The notes: a model not told the origin generated them from the sequence alone. DNA of 63,759 bases, filler included, from Octopus bimaculoides (GCF_001194135.2; 8 parts of 8 records of this genome joined end to end with filler, not necessarily neighbours in it); one strand, 5' to 3'; positions 26,316 through 37,758 are shown, numbered from the whole stretch's first letter. A program made the numbers and translations.

Positions 26316-27351
26316 CTGTAAATAAGAAACTTACATCTATGAATAAATAACCCAGTTTAATTCCAATCGTATTATGTATATCGAGGAGTACATTATCACA
26401 TGTCTGACTTGGTANNNNNNNNNNNNNNNNNNNNNNNNNNNNNNNNNNNNNNNNNNNNNNNNNNNNNNNNNNNNNNNNNNNNNNNNNNNNNNNNNNNNNN
26501 NNNNNNNNNNNNNNNNNNNNNNNNNNNNNNNNNNNNNNNNNNNNNNNNNNNNNNNNNNNNNNNNNNNNNNNNNNNNNNNNNNNNNNNNNNNNNNNNNNNN
26601 NNNNNNNNNNNNNNNNNNNNNNNNNNNNNNNNNNNNNNNNNNNNNNNNNNNNNNNNNNNNNNNNNNNNNNNNNNNNNNNNNNNNNNNNNNNNNNNNNNNN
26701 NNNNNNNNNNNNNNNNNNNNNNNNNNNNNNNNNNNNNNNNNNNNNNNNNNNNNNNNNNNNNNNNNNNNNNNNNNNNNNNNNNNNNNNNNNNNNNNNNNNN
26801 NNNNNNNNNNNNNNNNNNNNNNNNNNNNNNNNNNNNNNNNNNNNNNNNNNNNNNNNNNNNNNNNNNNNNNNNNNNNNNNNNNNNNNNNNNNNNNNNNNNN
26901 NNNNNNNNNNNNNNNNNNNNNNNNNNNNNNNNNNNNNNNNNNNNNNNNNNNNNNNNNNNNNNNNNNNNNNNNNNNNNNNNNNNNNNNNNNNNNNNNNNNN
27001 NNNNNNNNNNNNNNNNNNNNNNNNNNNNNNNNNNNNNNNNNNNNNNNNNNNNNNNNNNNNNNNNNNNNNNNNNNNNNNNNNNNNNNNNNNNNNNNNNNNN
27101 NNNNNNNNNNNNNNNNNNNNNNNNNNNNNNNNNNNNNNNNNNNNNNNNNNNNNNNNNNNNNNNNNNNNNNNNNNNNNNNNNNNNNNNNNNNNNNNNNNNN
27201 NNNNNNNNNNNNNNNNNNNNAGCCATGTTATTTCTTGGGCATGTGCGTATATAGATGTTTGTACGAACCTTTCTACGTGCGTGTAGAAACTCGCATCCGA
27301 AACTCGGAGTTTTATCATGGCTACCGAAAAATTGTCACATATTATTTACAG

Positions 27352-27387
<36 letters not shown>

Positions 27388-27472
27388 AGAATTCAGGAAA
27401 AAACAACAGACGAAGGCAGGTTGTTAGGAAACAAACAGATGTATTAGCATAACGCTGGGGAATTGAAAAAGT

Positions 27473-27508
27473 CTTTAACATTTCGAGCCTACGCTCTTCC
27501 ACAGAAAG
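27473..27508 (-). ncRNA. Degenerate hammerhead motif (PLE-type)
   Basis: CTTT-CTGTGGA-A-GAGC(gtag)GCTC-GAAA-TGT-TA-AAG. A6->U in the core; helix III looks like a decayed AACGTT palindrome. A more decayed relative lies near 42449-42478. Confidence 0.45.
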
Positions 27509-28678
27509 GAACACAGAAAGAAACAAGAAGAGAAACAAGGAGAGGAAAATGTGTAGTGGTTAGTGATCTATCATGGCGAATGCCGGACAGAAGGGTCACA
27601 CAGGAGATTTAAGAAGAAGGGGAGATAACAAAGTAGTAGTGATCCGAAACCAAAGGTGCGCATGTGTAAGAGAGTGCTGATGATCTTAACGTATGCATGT
27701 GTGTATGTAGGTGTGAAAATGTGGGGATGATTGGAATTGGTCAGTGCTGGTGTGTGCGAGGTGGTGTGTTGGGATGTGATGTGTTGTGTGGCATGGTGTA
27801 GCGTGATATGGTGTGATGGTGTTTGGTGGTGGGGAGGCGAGAGTGGGGAAAGCACGGGTGGGGTGTGGGTTAAATTGAGGGTCGGGGTCGATGTGGGGTA
27901 TGTGGGAGAGGGTGTAAGAGATNNNNNNNNNNNNNNNNNNNNNNNNNNNNNNNNNNNNNNNNNNNNNNNNNNNNNNNNNNNNNNNNNNNNNNNNNNNNNN
28001 NNNNNNNNNNNNNNNNNNNNNNNNNNNNNNNNNNNNNNNNNNNNNNNNNNNNNNNNNNNNNNNNNNNNNNNNNNNNNNNNNNNNNNNNNNNNNNNNNNNN
28101 NNNNNNNNNNNNNNNNNNNNNNNNNNNNNNNNNNNNNNNNNNNNNNNNNNNNNNNNNNNNNNNNNNNNNNNNNNNNNNNNNNNNNNNNNNNNNNNNNNNN
28201 NNNNNNNNNNNNNNNNNNNNNNNNNNNNNNNNNNNNNNNNNNNNNNNNNNNNNNNNNNNNNNNNNNNNNNNNNNNNNNNNNNNNNNNNNNNNNNNNNNNN
28301 NNNNNNNNNNNNNNNNNNNNNNNNNNNNNNNNNNNNNNNNNNNNNNNNNNNNNNNNNNNNNNNNNNNNNNNNNNNNNNNNNNNNNNNNNNNNNNNNNNNN
28401 NNNNNNNNNNNNNNNNNNNNNNNNNNNNNNNNNNNNNNNNNNNNNNNNNNNNNNNNNNNNNNNNNNNNNNNNNNNNNNNNNNNNNNNNNNNNNNNNNNNN
28501 NNNNNNNNNNNNNNNNNNNNNNNNNNNNNNNNNNNNNNNNNNNNNNNNNNNNNNNNNNNNNNNNNNNNNNNNNNNNNNNNNNNNNNNNNNNNNNNNNNNN
28601 NNNNNNNNNNNNNNNNNNNNNNNNNNNNNNNNNNNNNNNNNNNNNNNNNNNNNNNNNNNNNNNNNNNNNNNNNNNNNN

Positions 28679-28750
28679 AGCGTGTGCGGCAGCGTGTGCG
28701 GCAGCGTGTGCGGCAGCGTGTGCGGCAGCGTGTGCGGCAGCGTGTGCGGC
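28679..28750 (+). repeat. GC-rich 12-bp minisatellite (AGCGTGTGCGGC) x6 abutting a gap
   Basis: Perfect tandem copies read directly from the sequence. Confidence 0.9.
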
Positions 28751-29148
28751 AGCAGGGGAACGAGCCAGGTTAGGAGGTTGGTTTGGGGAAGAAGCTGTGG
28801 GCCAAGAGGTCTCGTAGATAGGTAGATAGGTATTAATATATGTAAACACAAATACACACAGAAACATTTATATTAAAGAACTATTTGCACCTACGTTGAT
28901 GTTTCCAGGGGTCACCTGAGAGAATTAACACAATTAAAAATAAATGTGGTTCAGGTATATTTATTAAAGCTAGCAATGGATTAGCAATGGATTAAGCCTA
29001 ATAACACCTAAGAACAGTAGCGATAACACTGAGAGGCCTTCAGCTATGCAGTTTCCGCTTAACATATCACTCACACGATATCTATTAGACACCTTAAGCA
29101 TAGAGCTACGTTTGGCCTTATCAATGAAACAGTCATTAAGAATGTTAC

Positions 29149-29286
29149 CTTTCTGGAATAAATTTCTCCGGTTCCGGATAGTATTTTGGGTTATAATGTA
29201 GCACATCCACAGCGATTCTGACAGTCAATTTTTCGGGAATTTTTACACCTTTTATTGTGCATGCTTTATTGCACTGACGATCCAAT
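29149..29286 (-). CDS. Cytochrome P450 (CYP3 clan) exon ending in the PERF motif, 138 nt
   Basis: TTTGTTTCAG acceptor, then (R)LDRQCNKACTIKGVKIPEKLTVRIAVDVLHYNPKYYPEPEKFIPE(R), then GTAACA donor. The phase-2 end (AG) is completed by the A at 26315 to give PER|F. Upstream exons were not found before the spacer at 33752. Confidence 0.95.
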
Positions 29287-29931
29287 CTGAAACAAATATA
29301 AAATATTTTGGAGCATGTCATTTTATAGTTGGTGTAGACTGTCCGCGAATAACTTTTAAAAAGTGCTCTATGAACTGTATTCTTAAACGATATAACATTC
29401 ACACTGATGCACGTACACACACACATACATACATGCATACATACATACATCCATGTACATATATTTCTATGTTACTAAAATTCTATGTTTGCTTACTATC
29501 TTGAGTGCTTGTCTGTAATTTAAGACAGACAAACCGGCGCATAATGGGAAAATATTCTAAAAGTAAGGAACTCCTGAAATGTGACTACAAACGGAATAAA
29601 ACAAGTTTTGCGTAAATCGCACCACGAGTGTTTGCTTTTTTTTTTTTTTTTGTACTCGCGCGTATTGTGTATATTGTGTAATTTGATTAGAAATGAATAC
29701 AATACTCACAGATAGAAGGTCAAAATAAGCATAGCCCCGAGTACCAAAGTCGTGGCGGTCAAGCCGAACACGTCCATCGTTACTCTTCTCTCTTCGGCGA
29801 ATTATGTTTTAGTTCCGGGAAACAAAAACACGCTTTACTCACACATCATCCCTACCTCTCTGCTTTTCCCCCTCATTTGTTTCTTTCCGTCTCTCACTCT
29901 TTCTCTAATTGTCTATATAACCTTCTGTCTC

Positions 29932-29982
<51 letters not shown>

Positions 29983-30064
29983 TCATATCAAAATGTTCCT
30001 CTTCCGAACATCTCGTCAATTCTTTCTCACTCTTTCCCTCTATATTCTATAAAAAAAAACGCTG

Positions 30065-30101
<37 letters not shown>

Positions 30102-30333
30102 CACTCGCACGAACACATACTATTTCCCTCCCCTCTCACTTTCTCCCTCTCCCTCTCTCTTCTTTCACTCTCTCACTATGTATTTCTCATTATCTCTGAT
30201 GCAGATAGCACTCGAGCACATATCCATGCACATCTACATATTATTCGTGCCCCTTTCACTCTCTTTTCGCTCTCCCTTCGTGTATATTTCATTAACTCAC
30301 ATGTTTCCCCTTCTGTCTGTCCCGCTCTCTCTT

Positions 30334-30368
<35 letters not shown>

Positions 30369-30455
30369 TTCTTTCTCTATCTTTTTCACACATACACACG
30401 CACTGATCTATATGCACGCATTGTCATATCTTTGTGCCCATTATGCTAGTCGTTC

Positions 30456-30517
<62 letters not shown>

Positions 30518-31021
30518 CTACTGTATTACGCAACATATCATTCACTACAACAGCCACCACCACTATCAACACAATCATCACCAAAAACAACACCACCCTC
30601 CCAAACAACTGTATCCCCACCACCACAACCACCACCCTGTATTGTTCTTTGTATTAATCTTACAGACTCATACCTGCGAATTATCGTATAATAAATGGGT
30701 GATTAAAAAACCTGTGATTGAGATGGAATAGCTTCCCGATAGGTTACAAGGACCTAAATAAACCAGCAAGCTAGCACCGGTTCAGAAGTGGCGAGGACAA
30801 ACTCAAATATATAGACGCATGCACATACACACACACACACATCCATCCATCCATCATCCATACATACATACACACACACATACACACTCACACACACACA
30901 AACATATATATATATATATATGTATATATATATCGTTTGTAGAAAACATGAATCTGGAGAAGAAACACCCTCCAAGATGTAGAGCAGAATATATTTTTTT
31001 TAATGGGAAGGCCGGTTTATG

Positions 31022-31080
31022 GGATTACCCCGGGTTTCTCGTGCATAAAGAGTTTAACTTTATGGCGTATCGTCAGACCC
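31022..31080 (-). ncRNA. Type I hammerhead ribozyme candidate with long helix II
   Basis: GGGT-CTGACGA-TACGCCATAAAG(ttaaact)CTTTATGCACGA-GAAA-CCCGGGG-TA-ATCC. 7-bp CATAAAG/CTTTATG stem, near-palindromic helix III, GUA triplet. Confidence 0.6.
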
Positions 31081-31190
31081 GAAAATATGTTGGCCTAAAA
31101 CCTCTTCAAAATATTGAGGGGAAAAGGCCTCGTTATGAATGTAAACACGGGGATTATCTCATTTTGCCATTGGGTGTCGACTTCTGTAAA

Positions 31191-31599
31191 TATATGTAAA
31201 TATATAAAAGCAAAAAGATAAAGAGAGCAAAGGTAAGGTTGAAGAAGTATTTTATGGATAGAGTCTTACAGCTGTTTCTGGGAAGATCCAGTACTTCCCT
31301 TCATCGGGATTATCCACACAAGGATTACTTTGCACGGATTTCTACACGGATATTTACCACTAGAATGAAACTACATTTCAAGTACTGTTCCCTCTTTTTT
31401 CAGCACATCACACTCTTTACAACTTCATACTAAAAATATCCGCCTATGGATATAATAATAGATTACTTTATTTTTTCTGTATCCGATGAAGGGAAGTACT
31501 GGATCTTCCCAGAAACAGCTGTAAGACTCTACCCATAAAATACTTCTCCAACCTTACCTTTACTCTCTTTATCTTTTTGTTTTTATATATTTACATATA
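31191..31599. repeat. Inverted repeat (117-nt arms, 175-nt spacer) with an HHR-like motif in each arm
   Basis: Arms 31191-31307 and 31483-31599 are near-perfect reverse complements. Each contains CCGATGA-A-GGGAAG(tactggat)CTTCCC-A-GAAA-CAGCTG-TA. Confidence 0.9.
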
Positions 31600-31751
31600 C
31601 ACACGCTAATACACGACTTATAATACCCAATCCTGTTCATACAACGACTGGGGCAAACTAGTCGGTATACAGCACTTACTCGGTATTACCTGTATCCTCC
31701 TGGGTTTGGTTAAATCCAATATCCTCCTCAACCTTATATATATATATATAG

Positions 31752-32307
31752 AATCAAAATAAGCAGCAGGATATCCAGAGGTGATGCAGTACGACCGTTT
31801 CAAGTGGATCCATTTAATTGATCGATGTAATCATTACATCAATTTAGATGCAGGGCTATCCTCAGCTGCATAAAGAAATAAATATTTTTAATCAGTGGGA
31901 CACATTAATATAATTTTACTTGAATACGCTTATAGAGTAAGAAGACAGACAAAGACCATGCTGTCACCACTTCAGCTTAGAATTTACTAGACATCAGGAA
32001 AAAAATTTGTTGGAGTAATAGTTTGTAATGTTTACTGGTCCAGTTTTAATTTATTAGCCTTGTTTATCGGTTAAATTCTAATCTGAAGTGCTGGCAGCAT
32101 GGACTTTGTCTGTCTTCTGATTAGAGTAATTAAGTAAAATTATATTAATGTGTCCGACTGATAAAAAAACATTCTATTTATCTATTTATGCAGTTGAGGA
32201 TAGCCCTGCATTTAAAATGATGTAATGATTGCATTATTCAATTAAATGGAGCCGCTTGAAACGGTCGTACTGCATCACCTCTGGATATCTTGTTGTTTAT
32301 TTTGATT
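31752..32307. repeat. Long inverted repeat (~234-nt arms, 87-nt loop) with an HHR in each arm
   Basis: Arms 31752-31985 and 32073-32307 are diverged reverse complements. HHR motifs at 31784-31871 (minus) and 32188-32275 (plus). Confidence 0.9.
31784..31871 (-). ncRNA. Type I hammerhead ribozyme with extended helix II, intact core
   Basis: ATGCAG-CTGAGGA-[57 nt including the GATGTAA-tga-TTACATC hairpin]-GAAA-CGGTCG-TA-CTGCAT. 6-bp helix I, GUA triplet. The copy at 32188-32275 (+) has C3->U (TTGAGGA). Confidence 0.75.
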
Positions 32308-32403
32308 TATTCACCTTATTTTGAGTTGCACGGATAATACTGCACTAAGTTTTGGTGCTTCAACTTAAGTACCTAATTCAACTGAATCTCAATTATTTTG
32401 CTT

Positions 32404-32485
<82 letters not shown>

Positions 32486-32786
32486 TGTATGTATGTATAT
32501 ACAGGACGGGTTTCCCACACAGTTTCCGTCTTGCAAATTGACTTACAAAATATTCGTCACGGCCGAGGGCTAAAGCAGAAGACACTTGCCCAGTAAATGA
32601 CAGATTAGTCACAGTCATGTTCAATGGAAATCCATCCACCGCAGTTGTTAGGGTTGTCCGACGAACAGGAACGTGAAACTCGGAGTAACGGGTTTTGTGA
32701 TATTTCTGCTCCTTTTCAATAAAGCATATTACTCTACATCTGGTATTCCAGTACTACTCTTACTACTTTGTTTCGCTTTTATGTGC

Positions 32787-33240
32787 TTACTCCTTCTCGT
32801 TACCGAGTAAGACAGCGACTGCTATCCAGGCTACGTCAACTTCTGGTGGGATACCTTCCACACAAACGTTTAAGGATCGCCTTCCGTGATACATGGGTAA
32901 CATTACCACTTTATCATTCTTAAAAATATTGGCCGCATTCAGCCTTGCCATATTTGCCTCTTTGAAGCTCACTTCAATTATTCCATATTTGGCTCCTCCG
33001 GCAATATACTTAATTTCTTCCCATATTGGTCTTAGTGCCATCTCCATTTGGTTTGTTGTCATTACCTCTATCTTGCCTGTAGCTACCGCGAACGTCTTAT
33101 AAAAAATTGTACACTCCTCCCATGAGGGGCTGATCTCTTCAACCTCTGGCATTTTACCATTCAAACAAACCGCCACAAGGCAGCACAAACAAAAGTATTC
33201 GAAGAACACCACAACAATTCAAACAACAGTGATTTCAAAC
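32787..33240 (-). mobile_element. Probable LINE (L1/Tx1-like) ORF1 5' fragment
   Basis: Complex, non-repetitive frame MPEVEEISPSWEECTIFYKTF...YGIIEVSFKEANMAR...PMYHGRRSLNVCVEGIPPEVD resembles the RRM-like part of ORF1p. Truncated; no splice signals noticed. Confidence 0.5.
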
Positions 33241-33904
33241 GATAAATCAAACTTTAGCTCACCTATAACTCAAAAAGTCATCCCATGGCGATTAAAGTGA
33301 ATTCATATTTGTGCATGTTTTGTTAACAAAGAAAATAAAGAAGAAAAAAACTTAAAAACATCATATTGTCATTAAGGATTACTCTATATTTCGTATGTGT
33401 ATTTCGTGTGCAAGATTCTTGATGTGGATACGTGGGTTGAAAGAAATACAATTAAACCTTGGGAGAGGCATTATGCCGGTAATAAACACACGCACTGGTT
33501 CAGTCCTTTATTAATTTATATAGTTTTTTGTTAAATTATTTCATTGCACTCTTGCAATCTCTTCAGTAACTTGTCTCTCCACTTCCATTTATTTTGAATA
33601 TATGATCTGGCGTTGTTTTGGCGTTGTTTTGGCGTTGTTTCGAAACTGTTCGGTATGAGCATGCGAGTGTGTGCAAGCTCGTATGTGTGCACGCTCATAT
33701 GTGTGCACGCACTTATGTGTTCTTGCTTATATGTAAGTATGTGCGTCCATANNNNNNNNNNNNNNNNNNNNNNNNNNNNNNNNNNNNNNNNNNNNTTAAT
33801 TAATTAANNNNNNNNNNNNNNNNNNNNNNNNNNNNNNNNNNNNNNNNNNNNTCAACTGGAACCCTCGACGTCGTAAGCGACGGAGTGCCAACAACAACAA
33901 CTTA

Positions 33905-34578
33905 TGGTGGGTGGGGCATCGTTTCCCATTCAAACTACTCCAGCCTTTGGAATGTCATTCTCGCTGTTTGTCGCCGAGCATTATCCTGATGGAAGAACAT
34001 CTTTCGTCTTGAAACCAAAGATGATTAGACTCGGAAAGTTTGTGAGGAACCCATTGATCCAATTTGCTGACTTTTCCGATGACACGCAGGTGTCGATGAA
34101 TGGTTGAATGACTAAATCCAAGCTTCTTTGCTCGTTCCTCAATAGTTATCATGGGATTTTGTTCCACCAAGATTTCCACCAAGATCGTCGAGGTCTACAG
34201 ATCTTCCAGGACGCGGCTCAGCTTCTAGGCTGTAGTTTCCGGCTCAGAATTTCTAGAACCGCCGTTGACACTGGCTTATTCTTAGTGTCCGATCCTCATA
34301 TACTGCATTAATATTCCTCGCACATTCCGTTGTTATTGTCTTTATTGAACTCATAAAGCAAAATATGCCGAATATATTCCTTTGTTAGTTCCATTATAGC
34401 TTTGAAAAATAACTGTTAAAATCGAACTGCAATCTTTAAAACTTACTCTAAGAATAAGGACAAGGTAAAATTACTACCTGCTTTAATAGCAAGTTGATGC
34501 AGGTAGTTTATCCCGTCCCCCTCCGACTCTTAGCTCATGCAATTGAAAAAAAGCTGCATTATTTATGAGATGACCTAA
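33905..34578 (-). mobile_element. Internally deleted mariner, same family, with 5' TIR
   Basis: LVEQNPMITIEERAKKLGFSHSTIHRHLRVIGKVSKLDQWVPHKLS (WVPHEL motif) joined to RRKMFFHQDNAR. TIR ttaggtcatctcataaataatgc matches the 17872-17894 TIR at 20/23. Confidence 0.9.
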
Positions 34579-34589
34579 GATATATATAT

Positions 34590-35341
34590 ATCATAGTTAC
34601 TTTCAGCAGACATTATGACTTTCGACCATTGCTCACTGGTTCAATTTGAGTGGCTTTTGGCCCACTGAAGACGTTTTTCCATATTCGCTTCAGAAACCCA
34701 TGGCTTCTTCCTGGCTTTACAGCCATTCAGACTGTACTCTACAGGCCTTCTTCTAACAGTTCTAGTTGATATTTGTGAAGTACTTGCCTTGTTGAAGTCC
34801 GCACAGAGCTCCGACTATGTTTTTCTCCTGTTTCTGAGCGACTGACGGATGATGGATCTGTTATCACGAGGTGATGTAACCTTTTTTCTACCTGTTCTTT
34901 GTATTGTTTTCACATCTTTTTCATCTCTCTGAAGCGCTTGAGAATCGTTTGCACCGCACATCGAGAACATTTCATCTTCTGAGCAATTTGCCTTTGAGAC
35001 ATTCCATTTTCATGATGAGCTACGATTTGACTTCGCTCACACTCACAAAACTCCCTTGGTTTAGGCATTTTACTGCTGATTAACTGTATCTACAACGTAT
35101 TTTAGCATAAAACTCTGAAATAATCAAGAAAACATAAGTTAATTTTGGACGTTGCTCTTACTCATAATGTACAGCACAGTACAAAAGCGGTAATTGATGC
35201 TAAAGGAGGGGGTCAACCAGATATTAAAACTAATGTATATTGTGAAATATATCATAATCTACCATGTGCACAAGTTTCATTAACATTGAGATAGCAGAAC
35301 CCCAAAACATTGGGGTGGCTTAATACTTTTGGCCAAGGCTG
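34590..35341 (-). mobile_element. Tc1-like element, 5' half with TIR
   Basis: TA-CAGCCTTGGCCAAAAGTATTAAGCCACCCC terminus (Tc1-type CAG..GGCCAAAA). Decayed transposase GRKKVTSPRDNRSIIRQSLRNRRKT..RTVRRR..GCKARKKPWVSEANMEKRLQWAKSH..QWSKVIMSAES. Confidence 0.88.
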
Positions 35342-35430
35342 TATATACATACACACACAAACACGATACATATGTATTTATATATGTACATATGTGCATA
35401 TATATTTCATGTATATAAATATAAATGTGC

Positions 35431-35476
<46 letters not shown>

Positions 35477-36190
35477 NNNNNNNNNNNNNNNNNNNNNNNN
35501 NNNNNNNNNNNNNNNNNNNNNNNNNNNNNNNNNNNNNNNNNNNNNNNNNNNNNNNNNNNNNNNNNNNNNNNNNNNNNNNNNNNNNNNNNNNNNNNNNNNN
35601 NNNNNNNNNNNNNNNNNNNNNNNNNNNNNNNNNNNNNNNNNNNNNNNNNNNNNNNNNNNNNNNNNNNNNNNNNNNNNNNNNNNGTGTGTGCGTGCGTGCG
35701 TGCGTGCATGCGTGCGTGCGTGCGTGTGTGTGTGTGTGTGTGCTTGTGCTTGCATACATGTTACTGCGAAGCGAAAAGTTATGCTACGAATTAATCGATA
35801 TAGAATTAACGTCACAAGAAAAATATATATTGACCGTCCAACGACATCTGTTCGGTTTCTCGGCATTTTTCATGTAATACAACGACGACAACAGCAACAG
35901 CAGCAGCTACAAACAACACTGCGTAGTAGTTACAGTCCCACTACCGCTAATATCACCATCAACATCACTACGACCAACACAGATATTCTACATCCTAGCT
36001 CACTGTGCTAGCAATAGCAGCCAATTTCCATTCACTCACAGTTTACCTTCTTGAAAACTGGACAATGAATACCTAGATGCATTAAAACACGGAACCATAA
36101 ATCTTCCCGAATCAGTATTACCTGAAGCTAAACAGCGGAAACAAATATACACATGCACGCACACATACGTACGCGCACGCACACACGCAC

Positions 36191-36225
<35 letters not shown>

Positions 36226-36378
36226 CACACACACGTGCGCGCGCGCATAACTTGTAACTCATAAAGCCGACTTAGCTAATCTTCAGGACTAGGTAAGCAG
36301 CTTTTATGAGTGTTACAAGTTATGTAACAAACATTGTTTTGTACTCTTCATTTATCTTTACTATTCTTTACATTCTGC

Positions 36379-36409
<31 letters not shown>

Positions 36410-36599
36410 ACAATTGAAGGATAGGTGTCAATTCATAACGACTCCTTTAATTGATTAATGAGTTCATTATATCATTATTAAGAAACCGTTTTCTCAGATG
36501 AATACTTGAACTTTGCAATCAAGGACATTCCAAATTATTTAACATATTTCAAAATCCACGGAGTAAAACATTTTCAATCATTCTGGTATTATTTCAGCT

Positions 36600-36790
36600 G
36601 CTGGTGGTAGCTTGGTCTCCACTGAAGCCGCCCAAGGCGGATAAGTCAAAGGGTTGAGGTCTGATAAGCAACTATCTCCTGGCTCTTCAGGCTGGGGATT
36701 GGGTACAGGGCTAACAACATAGACCTGCAAAAATCAGATTTGTAGCGGAAACAGCAGTGAAGATAATGGGAACCACCGCCTTGAAAGATA
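36600..36790 (+). mobile_element. RTE-like LINE 5' UTR fragment
   Basis: ctcctggctcttcaggctggggattgggtacagggctaacaac... resembles the motif seen upstream of RTE ORFs. Confidence 0.35.
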
Positions 36791-36953
36791 CTCATACGAA
36801 TCTGAAATGAAGTCATTGACAGAAAAATTTATTACGTACGCTTTGAACCATACTGAACTGGTCCATACATACATACAGACAGACATACATACATACAGAC
36901 AGACAAACATTCATACACGTTCACGCCGCACACATGTATGTATGTATGTATAC

Positions 36954-36984
<31 letters not shown>

Positions 36985-37758
36985 NNNNNNNNNNNNNNNN
37001 NNNNNNNNNNNNNNNNNNNNNNNNNNNNTTAATTAATTAANNNNNNNNNNNNNNNNNNNNNNNNNNNNNNNNNNNNNNNNNNNNTATATATACATACATA
37101 TATATATATACACACACACACACACTCATACACATATATTGCCTTAGTCAACTGGTTCTGTATCAGTGGATTCATTAAAGCTGCTATCACCATGTCTTGA
37201 AGTTTGCTAGTGTGCCTGTGTTTGTGGGAATAGTAGTCATAGTGGTGGGGTGGACAGTGAGATATTTATAACCTATTGGCAGATTTTTCACTCGTACCCA
37301 CCTACTCTTTACTTTGTTAGCTAGAACTCCAATGACATTTTACATGCTGGCTGCCATAATTTTTGAACTCCAACAAGTGCTTGATACACAAATTACACAT
37401 TTAGTTTATCTCTTTTTACAGAAAATTAAACTAATACTACTGCAACAACCTCCTCCTCCTCTACTAGTGCTGCTGCTGATACTACTGCTACCACACCACT
37501 ACCACTATTACCACCACGGATAATAATAATTCTTATTTTGGTATAAGGCCATCAATTTAGAGGTAGGAGAAGTTTGATTACATCAACCCCAGCACTTGAC
37601 TGCCACTTTATTTTATCATTCCTAGAATTGATCTTGGTGATCTGAGGTCAGTATGATTGATTTCAAGGCAATGCCCCAGAATGGCTGCAGTTGAAGGACT
37701 GAAACATGCAAAAGAATATACTAAAAGAAAAGAATATATATGTATATATAACAATCAC

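Noticed and set aside
28679-28750. CRISPR-like array or poly-HAAA coding repeat
   Set aside because: Spacerless 12-bp minisatellite in eukaryotic DNA with no flanking coding context.
29487-29575. Possible upstream CYP exon (TTTCAG ... GTAAGC, 77 nt)
   Set aside because: No frame encodes the expected K-helix ExxR / PPA.R sequence, and the phase does not fit the 29286 acceptor.
29752-30657. 301-aa ORF on the plus strand
   Set aside because: Translation of CT/CA microsatellites in a duplicated block; low complexity with no domain.
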